Virus record (IMG/VR): IMGVR_UViG_3300031521_000021
Coordinates: 32,001 to 96,000 of that record
Length of the DNA stretch: 64,000 nucleotides
Strand: one strand, 5' to 3'
Origin: a virus
Position numbers and translations under genes: made by a program. The notes beneath the pieces are model-generated. The model searched no databases. It was given only the letters and a program-made list of their open reading frames with translations, and had not been told where the DNA came from. Of the stretch, positions 58,724 through 64,000 are shown piece after piece. The first letter of the stretch is position 1. The number at the start of each line of letters is the position of its first letter.

Positions 58724-61700
58724 TTAAGCAAGGAAGTAAAATAATACTTCCTTATTTTTATAAAATATTTAAATAAATTAATAGAATTACTATTGCATTG
58801 ATTGGCAGTTTATGCTAATATTAGTTTAGACAAACAAATTAATATAAGAATGAAAGGAAAGTGTTAAAAATGAAAACTATTTATTTAATTAAAGAATTAT
58901 GTCCTATGTGGAATGATGGAACTGGTGTTGATTATAAGGTAATTAAACCATATGTTTTTGTAAAACAAGAAGAAGCCGAAGAATGTAGATGGGATTATGA
59001 ATACATATCTGCTGATAGAGTCTTATGTACTGAATATGAATTAATTAGTTTAGAAGTAGATGATGAAAATGAATTAAAAGAAATTATTGTTGAAGGTGAA
59101 TTAATTAAAATTTGGCAAATTATTAATGGAGATTACGAGAAAGAATTTAGATATGATATTCATTCATGGGAACAATTAGATTCAGCAGGAAGATTGAATT
59201 TTGAAAGTGATAATTCCGAAGATGAAGCTATTAGTAGATTAGAAGAATTAGATTATTTATATAGTGGAAGTGAATTTTATTAAAAGTGATGTATTAAATG
59301 AAGTTAGGAGGATTAAAATAATGGATAATGCAATGAAATCAATTATAGATAGAAGAACAGGTCACGCAGATATTTGGGAATGTAGCTTAGAAGAATTTGT
59401 TAAAAAGGTATTGCAGGAATGTAATAAACAACAAAAAGAAAATAATATAACTTATAAGATAATGAAACTATGTGCAAGTTTTTTAAGAATGAAATTCAAT
59501 GGAAAAGAATTAAAAGGAACGATAGAATATGAAGTTGCAAAAGCAATTGAAGAGTCAATGATATATTATACAAATGTATTAGGTGAAGATGACTAATTAT
59601 TAGAAAGGAAGGTTGAATTTTTATGTTAACACAAGAACAATTTAATAAAACAGAATTAGAACATGGTTGTGGATATTGGAATTTATGTTGGGAACATTCG
59701 TGTCCTTGTGCAATAACAACAGAAAGTGAAGCTATCTATAACAGTTTTATTGAAGAAAATAAAAGAATAGCAGAAGGATATGACACTTTTGATTATGATG
59801 ATATGATACATTATGAAAGATGCAGAGAATGTGGCAATTTACAAGAAGAAAATAATTTAATAGACGGGTTATGCTATTCTTGTTATGATGATTTAAGAGA
59901 AGAATTAAATGAAATTGATGAAGATAATTAATTGTAAAATATTGTTAAAAGACGTGTTTTAACTGAAAATTATTATCAATTAGAAAGGAGAAAGTTAAAT
60001 GAAAGAGTATGATAATTATTATAAGACAAAATCTAAAATGTTGTTAAATGTACACAAAGCAGTAATTAGGAGTTTGATTAATCATGGAGTATTAGAACAA
60101 GATGATAATATAAATAATGCTTTAAAAATTCTTGATGATGAAATAGAATTGAAAAAGAATGAAAATATTGATAAATTCAAACTAGAATATGATTGTATTT
60201 TAAGCAAGGAGGAAAATTAATGGATTTTAAAAAATTAAGAGAATTCACAGATACACATAATGCTGAAATATTAAAAATGTCTAACTTATATAATGTAGAT
60301 GAAAAATATTTAAAAAGATTGTGTCAAGAAATAGGATTTCAAACTAAATATACTTATTCAGATGCTATTATTTTAGTTAATGATGACTTAGGAAATGGAT
60401 TGAATATTAATCAAATAATTATTAAATATGGGTTAGATAAAGAATTAATTTAAGGAGCGAAGTTTAATGGAATGTATTAATTGTCCTAAATATAAAGAAT
60501 GGAGTTCTGATTCAGATATAGGAAATGAATGTTATTTATTAGGATTTTCTAATTTTAAAAAGTGGGAAAATTGTATATACATAAATGATGATGGAACTAT
60601 AAACCAAGAAGAATTAGATAAATGTCCATATTAATAAAACAAATTAACAGAAATAAATATAGACAAGCTAAAAGAAAAGTTGTAAGATATGATTAAGGAG
60701 GTAAAATTTATGAAGTTTACATACGAAATGAATGAACAAGAGAAAAAGGAATATATAGAAAAGAAAGGTAAGCAAAGAGCATATAATAAAATGAATGACA
60801 AATTAAAATACATAATGAAGGAGAAGATGGGCTATGAGAGAGTATAGTTTACAAGAAGTTTTTAATGAAGAAGAAGGAACAGAATTTAAGGTAAAATATG
60901 AAAAGGGGAGTTGTAATAGAGCAACAGTTAAATTGGTAGAAAAAGAAAAGGAATTTTTAAATAATCATACAAAATTAGTATGGAATAATGGTCAAGATAT
61001 TCAAATGAAAGAAGAATTTGTAACAGCTAAATTTATAAAAGTTCAAGAACCAGTATCTTTTAATGATGTAATTAATTCAAATAAGAAATGCAGTGTTGAA
61101 TTTAATGATTATCAACCAAATCATTATGAAACTCTTAGAGATATTATATTAATCTTAATTGACAGTTATGGAGAAACAGGATTGAAAAAAGCTATTAGAG
61201 AAGGAAAATGGTATTTAGAAAAAGAGTAATTGATAACAACTCTCAATAAATTACTGATTTTAACTGAAACTTAGCTTTGAAAATCGAAGCATAAGTGAGT
61301 ATTTGGAAGTATGAGAGAGTTTAAATTTATAAAAAAGGAGAATGGATTGTAATGGGAAGATGTAATGTAGAACATAATGGTAAGTGGGCTTCTTTTTCAT
61401 CTGTAATAGATGCTTTTATAACAGAGTTTATGGACAAGTCAAAATATGAGGAATGGAGAAAATTAGAATATGGTAAAAATCTTAGACCAATAGAATTTAA
61501 TGTAAAAACAATAAATGATGTTGCATTCTCAATACGTTTAAATAGAACACATGATGATGCTATGGAATGTTTAGCTGAAAGTGGTTTGTCAAAGAAAGAA
61601 TGTGAGCAATTAATGTATGACATAGAAACGGAATATTATGTTCCTATTGTAAAAGCTGGTGAAAAATTTGAATGTCCAAATTGTCATAAAGAAATAGAAA

Positions 61701-62142
61701 AAGGACAGATTGAATGTAAAGATGATAGTTGCTGTTTGGAATTTGTTTGGAGAGATTAAAATAAATTAATAGAAAGAAGGTAAAAGAAATGATAAAGAAA
61801 CTGTTATTGAAGTACAAGTTATATAGGAATAGTTATAAATGGTTTAAAGTAGATAAAAAAATAATTAATGAATATAGGAATACAACCAATAAGAATCGAG
61901 AATTAGATAATTTTTCTATACATATGAAACTTGTAAGATCTGTTCATTCTGGTCATATAACATCAATTAGAAATAATATAATGATTGTATTTTATGGATA
62001 TTTAATGTTAGAGATAGATTTGAATAAAAATAAGATTACAAATATAAATAACAATAAAGTAAACAAAAATGGTCATATAGATTTTAAGGTAAAAAAAGAT
62101 ATTACTAAAATATACAAGAGCGTATATGGAGGTGAAATTTAA

Positions 62143-62760
62143 ATGGCTAGGATATTAACTATTACAGGTGCTAGTTCTTCGGGTAAAGATGCAATTTTTA
62201 GTAGACTATTAAATAAAACTAATATATATCCCATTATATCTACGACTAATAGACCTATGAGACAAGGAGAAGAACAAGGAGTTCAATATAATTTTGTAAA
62301 TAATAATGAAATAGAATATATGTTAGATAATAATGAATTTATTGAATCAAGAGAATACAAGGTTGCAAGTGGACAAACTTGGTATTATGGAATTACTAAA
62401 AACGCAATAGACTTAAATAGTAGAAAAATATATGTAGTTATAGTGGATTTACAAGGTTTAAAACAATTAGAAAAATATATAGAAGAGCAAGGTCTAAAAA
62501 AAGATAAAACTATATTTTCTATATATATAAAAACTTCAGCACAAGAAAGATTAAAAAGGTCTTTAAATAGAGAAGGAAATCTAACAGATGGGCAATGTAA
62601 TGAAATAGCTAGAAGATACTTAGATGATAATATTAATGTGATTTCAGCAGAGAGTTATTGTAAAGAAATATTTTACAATGAAAAACTAGAAGACTTAGAT
62701 TATAGTGATAGATGGATCAAAACAGAAATAAATAGATGGATTAAAGATACGGAGGAATAA
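62143..62760 (+). CDS. gmk: Guanylate kinase-like protein
   Basis: P-loop GASSSGKD; STTNRPMR.GE..GV.Y.FV; F.E....W.YG; VD.QG. Confidence 0.9.
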   Translation: MARILTITGASSSGKDAIFSRLLNKTNIYPIISTTNRPMRQGEEQGVQYNFVNNNEIEYMLDNNEFIESREYKVASGQTWYYGITKNAIDLNSRKIYVVIVDLQGLKQLEKYIEEQGLKKDKTIFSIYIKTSAQERLKRSLNREGNLTDGQCNEIARRYLDDNINVISAESYCKEIFYNEKLEDLDYSDRWIKTEINRWIKDTEE

Positions 62761-63518
62761 GAAGTGGAATTTACAATTTACCAAATGATTAGTTTTCTAA
62801 ATAAAATAGAAAATAAGAACAGAAAATTTAAAAGGGTTGGAGATGATAAATTTATAGTCTTTAGAGGCGGATATAATGATTTATTAATTCAAGTAGGTGA
62901 AATAATCAGGGTATTTCCTATATTTAACTACACACAAGATAAATGGACATTAGAGGAAGAATAATGCAAGCAATAATATTTTCTGTAGGAGTTCCAGTAA
63001 TTTTATTTTTGATAGTACATTTTACAGAAAGACATAAATAAATTAAGATAACAATATAAATATGAAGGAGAATGATTGATATGAATAAAGAATTAAGAGA
63101 TGGATTAAAAAGAAATATAGTAGTAGGGTTACAAAGTTTTAAGTCTATTAATGAGGTATTAGAGGCTGATTATGAAAGGTATAAAACAAAAGGTCAAGGA
63201 TTTGGAACATCAGTATATAGAGGGAAAATAATATTATTAGATATTGAAAATGAACTAGATAAAGACTATGTTGATGATGAAAATGAAAGTCTATATGGTA
63301 ATGTTTTAAAACAAATAATAGCGATAAATGAAATGTTGGATGGTGAGTAATTATGGCAAGAGAGATTAAAGAGATTGAATTCACTAATATTGGGGACTAT
63401 AATACATGGATTGGAAATCAGTATAATTTCAATGATGCGTTTAGAATGATAAAACTTGATATTAAAGATGATGGAACTGTAAACGCACAATACATAGAAC
63501 TATATTAAAGGTGATTAT

Positions 63519-63752
63519 ATGAAAGTAATAGCATATGTAGGATTAGAGAGTACTACACCATTTGAAGTTGAAGTTACTGAAGAAGATATTAAGCAAGGTT
63601 ATGGTTTTGTTCCTTGCTTTGAATGTGAAGGTATAGGAATATGGGATTATTATCTTGAAGATTATTTTGATTATGAAAAAGAAATTCCAACAGGAAAAGA
63701 ATTTCAATGTATAAATTGTAAAGGTACTGGGAAAGTATTAATAAATTGTTAG
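63519..63752 (+). CDS. Small DnaJ-type Zn-finger protein
   Basis: CFECEGIG and CINCKGTG. Confidence 0.65.
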   Translation: MKVIAYVGLESTTPFEVEVTEEDIKQGYGFVPCFECEGIGIWDYYLEDYFDYEKEIPTGKEFQCINCKGTGKVLINC

Positions 63753-64000
63753 AGGAGAGATTTGAAATGAATAATTATGAAAAATTAGAAAGAATATATA
63801 AATTAATATTAAGTTACAAAGATGAATATGAAGATAAAATATCGCTGGAGACATTAAAAGTATCAAATGATATAAGAGAAATTAAAACTGTAGATGATTT
63901 ATTAGAGGATTTAGAAAATAATAAACCTGACTAAAAGCACTTAAAAAGTTAATTTAATTGGGTTTTAAATAAATTATATAAATAAAAAAGGAGCGTATAA

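Larger units (their letters stand above)
3899..61775. promoter_or_regulatory. Dispersed operator-like motif A(C/T)AAATTAATA(G), usually inverted upstream of -35 and direct downstream of +1
   Basis: Dozens of copies, e.g. about 3901, 4300/4399, 12251/12312, 13234/13311, 13913/13944, 16029/16085, 26181/26268, 27055, 35138, 37389, 37749, 45865, 54219, 58833. Confidence 0.8.
55676..62142 (+). other. Hypothetical genes (55676, 56390, 56704, 58861, 59264, 59623, 59999, 60193, 60834, 61352, 61789)
   Basis: RBS-preceded plus-strand ORFs. Confidence 0.65.
7453..63958. repeat. Dispersed palindromic site TAAAA-N6-TTTTA (about 20 exact and 19 near-exact copies)
   Basis: Exact 18-mers starting at 7453, 9648, 11521, 13193, 14637, 15999, 18097, 20902, 24687, 27902, 29328, 35108, 37289, 38903, 39568, 40291, 50643, 52621, 53602, 59945; all intergenic or overlapping stop codons. 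Confidence 0.85.
1..64000. mobile_element. Segment of a large SPbeta-like temperate phage/prophage (early, accessory and regulatory region); ends lie outside the window
   Basis: Dense co-oriented short hypothetical ORFs, antirepressors, homing endonucleases, tyrosine recombinases, YopQ/YopR-like pair, guanylate kinase, repeated sigma-A promoter/operator units; no housekeeping operons. Confidence 0.9.

Noticed and set aside
300-63490. Most minus-strand ORFs in the track (e.g. 6503-6778, 7898-8215, 27916-28398, 46415-46738, 57577-58020)
   Set aside because: Antisense shadows of plus-strand genes, rich in F/L/I/S, without RBS
7453-63958. Classical integron attC sites or chromosomal dif sites
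   Set aside because: No RYYYAAC/GTTRRRY long hairpins, no IntI-specific insertion evident, and arms do not match the 11-bp XerC/XerD dif arms; kept only as an analogous candidate
1-64000. tRNA, rRNA, introns, IS transposases, reverse transcriptase/DGR
   Set aside because: No cloverleaf or rRNA-like GC-rich tracts, no DDE or YxDD proteins; endonucleases look free-standing; the 7791/50696 pair differs at all base types, unlike a TR/VR pair

Overview
Very AT-rich, almost entirely plus-strand segment that reads as the early/accessory and lysis-lysogeny control region of a large temperate Firmicutes phage or prophage (Clostridium-like RBS and sigma-A promoters, SPbeta-like organisation). No structural, rRNA, tRNA or CRISPR genes were seen. 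Most of the window is well over 100 short hypothetical genes in small promoter-terminator units. Among them are homing-endonuclease-type genes, three antirepressor-like genes, an intact XerC/D-type tyrosine recombinase, a degenerate terminase-like gene, a ParB-like gene and a guanylate kinase. Two things stand out. (1) A control locus at 41.6-48.0 kb: two HTH regulators, a DndB/ParB-like gene and a catalytically degenerate recombinase (SPbeta YopQ/YopR-like), then three promoters 89 bp apart driving an antitoxin-less, extended MazF/PemK, a helical TPR-like protein and an unannotated 34-aa secreted pre-peptide ending ASA-GSIGRG. This is a candidate new arbitrium-like peptide communication system wired to a phage-encoded MazF. 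(2) About 40 palindromic TAAAA-N6-TTTTA sites with variable spacers sit at gene-unit boundaries, ten of them flanked at fixed distances by a Fur-box-like 15-mer. This is a candidate recombinase-driven gene-cassette array. All family calls come from motif recognition by eye, with no database search.
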